The notes under the pieces were generated by a model, which made no database searches, was not told where the DNA came from, and saw only the letters and a program-made list of their open reading frames with translations. A stretch of 64,000 nucleotides of DNA from Macrostomum hystrix (taxonomy: Eukaryota; Animalia; Platyhelminthes), in the NCBI GenBank assembly GCA_950097015.1, contig CATNEN010000001.1, forward strand, positions 13,206,001 through 13,270,000, given 5' to 3'. Each line of letters begins with the position of its first letter. The first letter of the stretch is position 1. Both the position numbers and the translations under genes were made by a program. This document shows, one piece after another, positions 1 through 11,909 of this stretch.

Positions 1-396
1 CGAGCAATATTGCAAAACAACGCTGACACAAGCGTGAATAAATGAGGTAAATTAGTAGCTAGATAAAATAAAAGAAACATAACTAATAAGTTCAGTTGGC
101 GCAGAAAAAGAAGATTGCGAGTTGAGCACAAGAACGGTCGAAAAAGGGGGGCTAAAGATAAAAACCAATGAGAAGAAAGAAGACACGCGGAAATGGACGG
201 ACCAGGAGAGATAAAGAAAGCAGAAACAGAACAGAAGGACGAAATAAAATTTTCATCTTACTTCAACTTAACTTAAATTGCTCTTTTTTAAAGCAATTTT
301 CAAAGTACATTGCGGATTAGCTTCTCACACCTGGCTCGTTACATGTGAGCAGCCAATCTCTCACACTGCCGCATCACTATTCGACTCACCAAACAG

Positions 397-1955
397 ACAG
401 CAGCTCCGGCCGGAACGGATCGGTTCAGCTCTTCTCCGTGCCGTTCGCTGCCTGCTTCCGTATCGAGGCCTTCGCAGCTGCTGGGGGCAGAGCGTCTGGC
501 ATCGACCCCGGACTAGGCGGCAGGGGCGCCTCAGCCGCTGGGAGCTTCTGGCTCACCGCTGGCACCCGACTGGACATTGTGGTCGGACAGGCCGGTGGCA
601 ACTCGGCGTGTGGTTATGGCGCAGGTGGTGGCGGCGGCAGCTTCGTGTACGTCAGCAACGGCACTGGCAGTCCTCGGCTGCTCCTGGCTGCTGGAGGAGG
701 AGGCGGGGCGTCAGGAAATCGTGGTAAGTGCACTGAGGTTCAGAAAAAAGTTCGAAAATATTTGTTTCCCTCTTAGCGGTCACTGAGAGCTTGAAGCTTA
801 TAGTTGTTAGTGATTGGAATGGTTTAGGCTGTTGAGTCAGGGCTCATAATGCAGCCTTTGTAGGCCCAGAGCTCAAGCATTCACTGAATGAGCCTCAGCG
901 ACTGGTGCAGTCCCTCCAGGTTCAGCCAGGGTCACAGATAACAGAGCAGGATCAGCTATTGCAGCGTCTGTGGCCAGGAGTTGCTGGGCAGGAAGGACCA
1001 TAGATGTCGAGGGCTCTGATTGGCAGGCGTCACATTCAATGGACTTGAACTTTCAAAGCTGCAGTGCAGCAGATTTAGACAGAAGCAACACGGAGAGCAA
1101 ATCCTGGCTGACAAGCGGTTAATCTGTAAATTTAATTCTCTTCATTAGCCATCCAAAACAGTTTGACGAAAAATTGGTTGAGTCTGTGCCATCTCAGGCT
1201 CATGATGCAGGAACTGCGCGTGCTCGAGGAACTCGGAGATCCGCTGATAGGTGTGAAATTCATGAGATAAAGAATTGAGCAGCTCATATTCGTACGAGCG
1301 AAGAATATTTTAGAACTACTGAAAGTGATAATTGGCTTGTCCGCCAGATTTAGACTTTCAGCCATAAATTAGAAAACTGGCAGCTCACCGAGCGGTGTGC
1401 CAGCTGAGCTGATTGACAGAAACCATGGAAACCCATGGCGTGTCCGCTGAAATCCCAGATGGCGTGAGTGGCGACAGCGGCATCAACGGCTCGGACAGCT
1501 GGCCGAAGAGCTTGACTGGCGCTGGAGGAGCTGCCGGTCAGCCGGGTCTGGTGGCGCCCAATCGCAACTATGAATACCCCCTGTACTCGTGCGGCGGTGC
1601 CGGCGCCGGCTGGCTCGGCTCGGCCGAGCCCAGCAACGAGTCCTTCGCTGATCCCGGAGGTCCCGGTCTGAGCCGCATCGACGGCTGGCTCGGCGGAGCT
1701 CGCAACTCCTCCTGCCCCACTGGCGACGGCGGCTTCGGCGGAGGCGGCGCTGGCGGCGGCTGCTGCGCTGGTGGTCGCGTCGGTGCTGGCGGCGGAGGCG
1801 GCGGATTCAGCGGTGGAGGCGCCAGCACTGCCCCAGCACGGGCTGGAGGCGGCGGCGGCTCCTTCTGCAGCGGCTTCGTCTGCGCCACCGCCACCGGCGC
1901 CAACTCGGAGCCGCAGGGCCGCGTGCTGCTGAGCATGTCTGCGGCCTGCGGCTGA
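397..1955 (+). CDS. Secreted PAN + ALK/LTK-like glycine-rich protein, copy 1 (last two exons 397-723 and 1459-1955; 5' exons lie upstream of the window)
   Basis: Acceptor aaacag|ACAGC, donor CGTG|gtaagt and acceptor atcccag|ATGGC have matching phase 1. Translation contains SVQLFSVP..FRIEAFAAAGG..GGRGA..LDIVVGQAGG..GGGGGSFV..LLLAAGGGGGA..GGFGGGG..GGGGGFSGG..GGGGGSF, the motif order of the ALK/LTK glycine-rich domain. Near-identical to copies 2 and 3. Confidence 0.85.
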
Positions 1956-1989
1956 CGCTCAGAGCGAGGCTGCCAATCTCTGCCTCATG

Positions 1990-2660
1990 CGGTGACAGGT
2001 GGTGACAGGTGGTGACAGGTGGTGACAGGTGTTGACAGGTGGTGACAGGTGCTGATAGGTGGTGACAGGTGGTGACAGTTGATGACAGGTGGTGACAGGT
2101 GATGACAGTTGGTGACATGTAGTGACAGGTGGTGACAGGTGGTGACAGGTAGTGACAGGTGGTGACAGGTGGTGTCTTTACTTCAAGTGATTTACGAAGC
2201 GAAGCGAGTTGAAGCCATGCAATAAATCGAATCTTCGCAGTAAGAGACCGTCTTTACGGCCAAACCTCAAACGAGACAGAGAGCGCAATGGGGGATGACT
2301 CACAAAGGCCCAGAGGGCCAGACGTAATATTTGAGCTTAACACTAGCGGCTGGAGAGAAGCGATCGATAGTAGCGATAGGGTTAAACCCCGCCTCAGATG
2401 TAGATAGGCAGACAAAGGAAAGAGACGAAATGGGGTTGGGGTACAATCGTGGAGAGTAGCAGGGGCAGGGGGAAGGAGGGGGGTGCAGCGATTTAGAAAA
2501 GAGAGACACACAAGTACAAACAAGTCGCGTAACTAAAAGTCACTACAGGTGGTGACAGGTAGTGACCGGTGGTGACAGGTGTTGACAGGTGGTGACAGGT
2601 GGTGACAGGTGGTGACAGGTGGTGACAGGTAGTGACCGGTGATAACAGTAGTGACAGGAG
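1990..2660 (+). repeat. 10-bp minisatellite (GGTGACAGGT)n, split by a solo LTR
   Basis: Directly visible tandem units just downstream of the copy 1 stop; a shorter homologous array is at 27650-27750. Confidence 0.95.
2173..2547 (-). mobile_element. Probable solo LTR (~375 bp) inserted in the minisatellite
   Basis: Ends TGT...ACA, flanked by GGTGG on both sides (2168-2172 and 2548-2552), which puts the 10-bp repeat out of phase. Absent from the paralogous array at 27650. Confidence 0.6.
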
Positions 2661-2811
2661 GCAGTGACGCAGTAATGCCCAGAAATATTGACATTAGGAC
2701 GGCAGGAGATAGGGTCATCGACCGGACTCAGTCTCAAATGGTTTTAGGGAAGTGTTGCTCGCTTTAAAATTAAAAGGTAAATGAAGGTAAACACCAACAT
2801 GTAGTTGCTTA

Positions 2812-2865
2812 TTTAGTTATGCCTATGCATTTCGACCTAACAGGTCATCTTCAGGGCTTTAACAA
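2812..2865 (-). ncRNA. Hammerhead ribozyme-like motif, probably from a Penelope-like element relic (~2750-2995)
   Basis: Minus strand reads CTGAAGA-T-GACC-TGTTA-GGTC-GAAA-TGC-ATAG-GCA-TA: CUGANGA box, stem II, GAAA box, short stem III and an AUA cleavage triplet. Stem I is weak. Confidence 0.55.
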
Positions 2866-2995
2866 CTAGCGGAGAGTCACACGCAGCCAAATAAATTTAG
2901 ATGAACAAAACTGTACAAATCCGGGTGAGCATTTCAATCCAGTCCGGTCAGAAAAGGGAGAGAGAGACAAATAGTTGAATAAACGGCTAGTGAAA

Positions 2996-5900
2996 GGCAA
3001 ATACTGTTTATTCAACACAAATACTGTTTATTCAACACAAATACTGTTTATTCAACACAAATACTGTTTATTCAACACAAATACTGTTTATTCAACACAA
3101 ATACTGTTTATTCAACATAATTACTGTTTATTCAAGGCAAATACTGTTTATTAAATGCAAATACTGTTTATTCAACACAAATACTGTTCATTCAACACAA
3201 ATGCTGTTTATTCAACACAAATACTGTTTTTTCAACACAAATACTGTATATTCAGCACAAATACTGTTTATTCAACACAAATACTGTTTATTCAACACAA
3301 ATACTGTTTATTCAAGGCAAATACTGTTTATTCAACACAAATACGGTTTATTCAACACAAATACTGTTTATTCACCAGAAATGCTGTTTAGTCAACACAA
3401 ATACTGTTTATTCACCAGAAATGCTGTTTAGTCAACACAAATACAGTTTTATTCAACACAAATAACGTTTATTCAACACAAATACTGTTTTATTCAACAC
3501 AAATACTGTTTATTCAACACAAATACTGTTTATTCAACACAAATACTGTTTATTCAACATAATTACTGTTTATTCAAGGCAAATACTGTTTATTAAATGC
3601 AAATACTGTTTATTCAATACAAATACTGTTCATTCAACACAAATGCTGTTTATTCAACACAAATACTGTTTTTTCAACACAAATACTGTATATTCAGCAC
3701 AAATACTGTTTATTCAACACAAATACTGTTTATTCAACACAAATACTGTTTATTCAACACAAATACTGTTTATTCAACACAAATACTGTTTATTCAACAC
3801 AAATACGGTTTATTCGACACAAATACTGTTTATTCAAGGCAAATACTGTTTATTCAACACAAATACTGTTTATTCAACACAAATACTGTTTATTCAAGGC
3901 AAATACTGTTTATTCAACACAAATACTGTTTATTCAACACAAATACTGTTTATTCAACACAAATGCTGTTTATTCAACACAAATACTGTTTATTCAAGAC
4001 AAATACTGTTTATTTAAGGCAAATGCAGTTTATTCGACACAAATACTGTTTATTCAAGACAAATACTGTTTATTCACCAGAAATGCTGTTTAGTCAACAC
4101 AAATACTGTTTATTCACCAGAAATGCTGTTTATTCAACACAAATACTGTTTTATTCAACACAAATAATGTTTATTCAACACAAATACTGTTTTATTCAAC
4201 ACAAATACTGTTTATTCAACACAAATACTGTTTATTCAACACAAATGCTGTTTAGTCAACAAAAATGCTGTTTATTGAACACAAATACTGTTTATTCAAC
4301 ACAAATACTGTTTATTCAACACAAATACTGTTTATTTAAGGCAAATGCAGTTTATTCAACACAAATACTGTTTATTCAACACAAATACTGTTTATTCACC
4401 AGAAATGCTGTTTAGTCAACACAAATACTGTTTATTCACCAGAAATGCTGTTTTATTCAACACAAATAATGTTTATTCAACACAAATACTGTTTATTCAA
4501 CACAAATACTGTTTATTCAACACAAATGCTGTTTATTCAACACAAATACTGTTTATTCAACACAAATACTGTTTATTCACCAGAAATGCTGTTTAGTCAA
4601 CACAAATACTGTTTATTCACCAGAAATGCTGTTTAGTCAACACAAATACTGTTTTATTCAACACAAATAATGTTTATTCAACACAAATACTGTTTTATTC
4701 AACACAAATACTGTTTATTCAACACAAATACTGTATATTCAGCACAAATACTGTTTTTTCAACACAAATACTGTATATTCAACACAAATACTGTTTATTC
4801 ATCACAAATACTGTTTATTCAACACAAATACTGTTTATTCAACACAAATACTGTTTATTCAACACAAATACTGTATATTCAGCACAAATACTGTTTATTC
4901 AACACAAATACTGTTTATTCAACACAAATACTGTTTATTCAACACAAATACTGTTTATTCAACACAAATACTGTTTATTCAACACAAATACTGTATATTC
5001 AGCACAAATACTGTTTATTCAACACAAATACTGTTTATTCAACACAAATACTGTTTATTCAACACAAATGCTGTTTATTCAACACAAATACTGTTTATTC
5101 AACACAAATACTGTTTATTCACCAGAAATGCTGTTTAGTCAACACAAATACTGTTTATTCACCAGAAATGCTGTTTAGTCAACACAAATACTGTTTTATT
5201 CAACACAAATAATGTTTATTCAACACAAATACTGTTTTATTCAACACAAATACTGTTTATTCAACACAAATACTGTTTATTCAACACAAATGCTGTTTAG
5301 TCAACACAAATACTGTTTAATGCAAATGCAAATACTGTTTATTCAATACAAATACTGTTCATTCAACACAAATGCTGTTTATTCAACACAAATACTGTTT
5401 ATTCAACACAAATACTGTTTATTCAACACAAATACGGTTTATTCAACACAAATACTGTTTATTCAAGGCAAATACTGTTTATTCAACACAAATACTGTTT
5501 ATTCAACACAAATACTGTTTATTCAAGGCAAATACTGTTTATTCAACACAAATACTGTTTATTCAACACAAATACTGTTTATTCAACACAAATGCTGTTT
5601 ATTCAACACAAATACTGTTTATTCAAGACAAATACTGTTTATTTAAGGCAAATGCAGTTTATTCGACACAAATACTGTTTATTCAAGACAAATACTGTTT
5701 ATTCACCAGAAATGCTGTTTAGTCAACACAAATACTGTTTATTCACCAGAAATGCTGTTTATTCAACACAAATACTGTTTTATTCAACACAAATAATGTT
5801 TATTCAACACAAATACTGTTTTATTCAACACAAATACTGTTTATTCAACACAAATACTGTTTATTCAACACAAATGCTGTTTAGTCAACACAAATGCTGT

Positions 5901-6221
5901 TTATTGAACACAAATACTGTTTATTCAACACAAATACTGTTTATTCAACACAAATACTGTTTATTTAAAGCAAATGCAGTTTATTCAACACAAATACTGT
6001 TTATTCAACACAAATACTGTTTATTCACCAGAAATGCTGTTTAGTCAACACAAATACTGTTTATTCACCAGAAATGCTGTTTTATTCAACACAAATACTG
6101 TTTATTCAACACAAATACTGTTTATTCAACACAAATGCTGTTTAGTCAACACAAATACTGTTTATTTAAGGCAAATGCAGTTTATTCGACACAAATACTG
6201 TTTATTCAACACAAATACTGT
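2996..6221 (+). repeat. 20-bp satellite (AAATACTGTTTATTCAACAC)n, array 1
   Basis: About 160 tandem units with variant monomers. An internal block (~3600-4450) recurs at ~5325-6090. Confidence 0.97.
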
Positions 6222-6631
6222 AAAACTGCACAGGTTGATATACGAGCTCGTTTTAATTAGAATTTCGACGGGAACAAAGCAGGCGCAGGGGATGCGATTC
6301 GGCAAGTACTTTACCGGTGCTACAAAATTAAAGCTCGAAAATAAAAAAAATAGCTTTTAGTTCGGTTCTGTGATTTATCAATTCTAGATTAAGAATTGTC
6401 ATTAAAATTAGTAAGAAAAATACAACTGTATAACTGTATTGAAATTTAAAATAAATTAAAATATTATTATTGACTCGCCGTTGCCAGCTAAAGAGGATTT
6501 CTGCACCAGCCCAGTTACAACGGTGGAACATATTTTATTTGCAATTAAATTTAAACAAGGATTTAAAGTCTCGAATCCTAGTAAACGCTCGTAAACTTTT
6601 CAAATCAGACACCAGCACTGGTTTCAACGGG

Positions 6632-6985
6632 TGAGTTTGGCTGACACACGACTGGACATTGTGGTCGGACAAGCTGGCGGCAACACAGGCTGCGGATTCG
6701 GCGCAGAGAGTGGCGGCGGCAGCTTCGTGTACATCAGCAACGACGCCGGCAGTCCTCGGCTGCTCCTGGCTGCTGGAGGAGGCGGAGGGGATCTTGAAAT
6801 TATGGTAAGTGAACTAAATAACTGCTTGTGAATCCAGTTAATCAGTGTTGCTTATATCGAGTCCCATTGAATCGCATTGGAATCTCCTGTCTGATGAGCA
6901 CGCCAAGTTGATGATTCCGTGTCAAATTTAGGGCAGCTTGAATGGTTCAAGCGGCACCAATGGCACGGACAGCTGGCCAAAGGGC
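6632..6985 (+). pseudogene. Truncated glycine-rich gene pseudocopy A (3' part of exon 3 and start of exon 4)
   Basis: LADTRLDIVVGQAGGNTGCGFGAESGGGSFVYISNDAGSPRLLLAAGGGGG followed by gtaagt, then [15 protein letters not shown] running into a TCTG microsatellite. Confidence 0.85.
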
Positions 6986-6987
6986 AG

Positions 6988-8045
<1,058 letters not shown>

Positions 8046-8740
8046 TTTCAAAACAAGAGAACAGGGAGCTCGGAGAATTTCAGAGCAGTCTCACAGCTGC
8101 CAGCCGGCCTGAATTGCAGATCGCACCGAAGGATCTGGAGCCGGAGCTGCAGCCGCTGATTCCACCGCACTGCAAGGAGTTGTACTACAACAAGGGCCTT
8201 TGAAGGCAAGCCTGTTTCGAAGTTAATGAGTGTGCGCGTGGCTACATAGTTAGAAGATTGGTTGCCATGGCTTCATTAGTAATTACACTAGCAGTTTTTT
8301 CCTATTTCATTAGTAAATTCCTGACGTTTTTCATCATGCATCGACTTTGACGCTTTGTCATCGTTTTTAACCCTTTAACCATCGAAATTGAATAACCATG
8401 CTAATTATTTTGATTGCAGCCCTCAATAAAATAAACGGCTTCATTGACGGGCTCCTATATATAGCATCTTAAATGCTAATGGGTGCTACATACCGAAGTC
8501 CTTGGTTTTGTATGCTAGAAGGTGCAGGATCGATAAACTGAAGCTTCTTTGGGTCCGCAATAAGTTTTTGTTTTTATGATTCTAGGAAAACGATCTGTGA
8601 AATCTTTTTGCTAAAGTGCCTTCTGTGATTTCCGATTGTGTCGGATCATTTAAAGATTAGAAAACTGCATGGCTGCTAATAAAACATATCCTATATTTTT
8701 CCTGGGTCTCACACTGTCTGAGACTACTACCATAGAAAAT

Positions 8741-9033
8741 TAATAATACTTGATTACACCTGCCCCAATTGGGCCAGATGTGCAGCCGACAGCACAGCCG
8801 CAGCTATTGCGTGGCGCATCTGAAAGCTGCGTACAGCTGTTCAGTCCATGGACTGTGGGGACGCCACACCCACCTTTAACTATCCCAGCTGATGCTGGCA
8901 CCCATTTAATAGCTGAGTGAACTGAAGCAATGCATAGTGTAGTGTCTCGAATCGAATTCTCGGTTCGATAGTGAATCGAACCCCCAACCTTCAAGTCATG
9001 AGTCCGATGCCCTAACCACAAGGCTACAACCTC
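8741..9033 (-). mobile_element. tRNA-derived CORE-like SINE, rearranged between head and core
   Basis: Reverse complement matches the full-length copy at 43076-43385. Confidence 0.85.
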
Positions 9034-9234
9034 TTACTACGACAAAACAATAGTCGATTAGAGAAAGATAGAAAAGCATTTTCAATTTTTAGCTATCCAT
9101 TGACCTTAAAATAAGCTCCCAACCTGTTTTATTAACTGGTGCCAAAGCGGAAAGATCAAACAGGTGTTACATAACATGAAACGCAACGCCAGAAAAATGT
9201 AAACGTTTGTCAATTTTAAAACTGTAATCAGCTT

Positions 9235-9400
9235 CGGATCACAAAATATTTTGGAGCACGCAATGCTCCCACAAACTGTGCACCTCTCGTTGTAATGCCT
9301 CATCATTGACCTCGCAATTGGTATTTGGGTATGACACGTGCTGCTCAAAGTCTTGCTTAATCCAGTTGAAGAGAAGCCTGTCACGCAGGTGCAGCCAGGT
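9235..9400 (-). mobile_element. Decayed mariner transposase C-terminal relic
   Basis: LHLRDRLLFNWIKQDFEQH...DEALQREVHSLWEHC aligns by eye to FNLCDRFFFNWLKSDFSKR...ANCLKREVLRLVEHC of the transposase at 20337-21096. Confidence 0.65.
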
Positions 9401-9929
9401 GCAGCAATGTGATGTGTCTTTGCCCCTAAATAGGCCCAAATATAGAAGTGGAAGAAGTTTTCCTTACCGTTCGGGCTTCGGTACAAGGGCTGACATTGCT
9501 GCCTGGAATGACTCTAGCAGATAAAACTCAATCTTGAATCCAGATCCTTTCAAATATCGTGTCCATTTTCGGTGAGCTGTGTGATGTACCTTTGTTGCAG
9601 TAGAGATACGATTTTTAAGAATTATGAAACACACTAAGTGATTTCAATGATCAACCACCATTGGTGAACCTGATTAATCTAACGACCATTGCCGGTAAAC
9701 TTTTAGTAAAAATAGCAAGCGACGCGTATTAAGTTTTGATTCGCTTACGATCGCTTGTGTTCTGGGTTTCTGGGTGCAGTTCATGCTGGATCAGTGCTTG
9801 GATCAGCACCAGGGACCATGAAATTTTATAAAGAATCTAGTCTATGTCAGCTGTCCATGGGTAAATTATCTGTGAACTTTATTCATGGAGCAAGCAGACA
9901 GCCGATCTTTGTCAGGGCTCTGTCTTAAG

Positions 9930-10257
9930 CGGATCCAGACAATCGGCTCATTGCCTGGAGAGAGACCACCGCTGATGCCGAGTCCTAATTGGAGATCTGC
10001 AAGCAAGCTGGTCTGAAAGGCGTCTCTTGTCATAGCGATGTCCTGCTTCAGTCTTTTAGTTCTGATTCGAATCCCTTGGCAACAGCTCAAAGTCCTTCCA
10101 GATCTCGGAGGCCGGCTTGAAGGATGCCATAACTGCTCCGGCTGCGGGTTCGAGAACCCCTGCACTCCAGTTGCCGACTGAATTGTTTAGCCTCTCCAGT
10201 GCGCGTCTCAGGATCGCAGCTTCAGCATCGGACGAGTTCAAACCGCTCACAATGGTT
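9930..10257 (-). pseudogene. Collapsed relic of the large surface-protein gene (32894-40094)
   Basis: IVSGLNSSDAEAAILRRALERLNNSVGNWSAGVLEPAAG..SEIWKD, QDIAMTRDAFQ and PGNEPIVW match three non-adjacent parts of the 5.8 kb exon. Confidence 0.9.
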
Positions 10258-10892
10258 TCTTCAGCCCTAGCTGACTGAAAATCCCTGCTGAATGTAGTCG
10301 CCCAGTACAGGTGAGCCTCACACTGTATGACAAAGAATAGCCAGCAACAGGGCAAAAGGAATGTACTTTAAGAAACATGAGACTGGTCTGGCTTACTTTG
10401 TGTAAATTGGGTACTCATGATGATGAGCAAGAAGCAGTGCTGATTTTGGACCCATAAGACGTCTGATCGACTGCCTAAGGCTGCAAGAGTTGCATGGTCT
10501 AACTAAGAAAACTGTGCTGCATTTCTTCGTCAGAGATGGGCCAAGTCAGGACCAAATTTTGAGATGTCTCAATGAGATGTCTTGGACCTGAAATACAAGC
10601 TAGAAGTAGGTAAAAATCTTTGAAATCAAAGAAAGGATACGTTTAAACCTATTTTTAATTGCATGCTTCGAAAAATGTTCTCACACACTCCCTGTTTTCA
10701 GAGAGTGTTTTGTTTCGTCCAGTCCATAGCAACAGGTCGTCGGTAACAGATTCGACTAGAACTGAGTGGGTGGAAACAATGATAAAGGCGAGAGCGCATC
10801 AGAGCTGCTTGGATTGCAAAGTGTCAGTTGAGAGGCGGAACTCTGCCAAAGCCTTATAAATTTCAGCTGAGCAGCAACCACTGTCAGCGCAT

Positions 10893-11377
10893 GAAACCCT
10901 AGCAACTCGACTGAAACCCTAGCAACTCGACTCGAACCCTAGCAACTCGACTCAAACCCCAGCAACTCGACTCAAACCCTAGCATCTCGACTCAAACCCT
11001 AGCAACTCGACTCAAACCCTAGCATCTCGACTCAAACCCTAGCAACTCGACTCGAACCCTAGCAACTCGACTCGAACCCTAGCAACTCGACTGAAACCCT
11101 AGCAACTCGACTCGAACCCTAGCAACTCGACTGAAACCCTAGCAACTCGACTCAAACCCTAGCAACTCGACTCAAACCCTAGCAACTCGACTCAAACCCT
11201 AGCAACTCGACGCGAACCCTAGCAACTCGACTCAAACCCTAGCAACTCGACTCAAACCCTAGCAACTCGACTCAAACCCTAGCAACTCGACTCAAACCCT
11301 AGCAACTCGACGCGAACCCTAGCAACTCGACTCAAACCCTAGCAACTCGACTCAAACCCCAGCAACTGGAATCAAAT
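10893..11377 (+). repeat. 20-bp minisatellite (AAACCCTAGCAACTCGACTC)n, ~24 units, ~0.5 kb upstream of copy 2
   Basis: Directly visible; ~14 units at the paralogous site 23516-23798. Confidence 0.96.
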
Positions 11378-11909
11378 GCTCCGGCTAGCGAACAGTCGAG
11401 CCAAGACTCGAAGAGCAGATCCGAAAGAAGCGAAGGCAACTACGACTTCAATTTCATGGCCGTTTAACCAGCTCATAACTCTACTATGTCCTATCAAACA
11501 TTGACTGCTTGCGAATCTGGGAGTAGCGAATAGTTAAAAATGGAAGTCAAACAGCAGCTACTTTCAGTGCTGTTTGCTGCTGCCTGTGGGAATTCTCCTT
11601 TGACGGTTCTGCCTTGCGAGGGCCTCTGGGCCCGCTCTGCTCAAACAGAAGGCAATCACGCCTCTGCAATGCATTGTTTCAGTGGCAGAAAATGTGGGAC
11701 TGTTCCAGATTTGCTCAGAAGGCTTGCAAATAAAGTTCCATTAACTTTCAGCAGTTCCTATTTCGCAGATGAAATTCAACTCCATTTGATGCTGGGACCC
11801 CGACAACTCAAGGCTATTTAATGCGTATAGCAGAGACCGCTTACCTGCCTTCATGCAGTCGAACTCTGACACCACCAGAGTCCGATTTGAGCTGACTGCG
11901 AAATTCACA

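Noticed and set aside
1568-1936. Proline-rich minus-strand ORFs (also 16083-16436, 27220-27561)
   Set aside because: Antisense shadows of GGC-rich glycine codons.
397-1955. Calling the glycine-rich genes ALK/LTK or PE-PGRS/bacterial contamination
   Set aside because: No transmembrane or kinase exons and the stop follows the Gly-rich domain; spliceosomal introns and metazoan repeats rule out bacterial DNA.
3155-6360. Long ORFs of ILFIQHKYCLFNTNTVYSTQ type (also 16515-18276, 28437, 30910-32173)
   Set aside because: Translations of 20-bp satellites that lack stops by chance; open in several frames.
10893-11377. Telomeric repeat
   Set aside because: AAACCCTA is embedded in a 20-bp unit; it is not a (TTAGGG)n or (TTTAGGG)n array.
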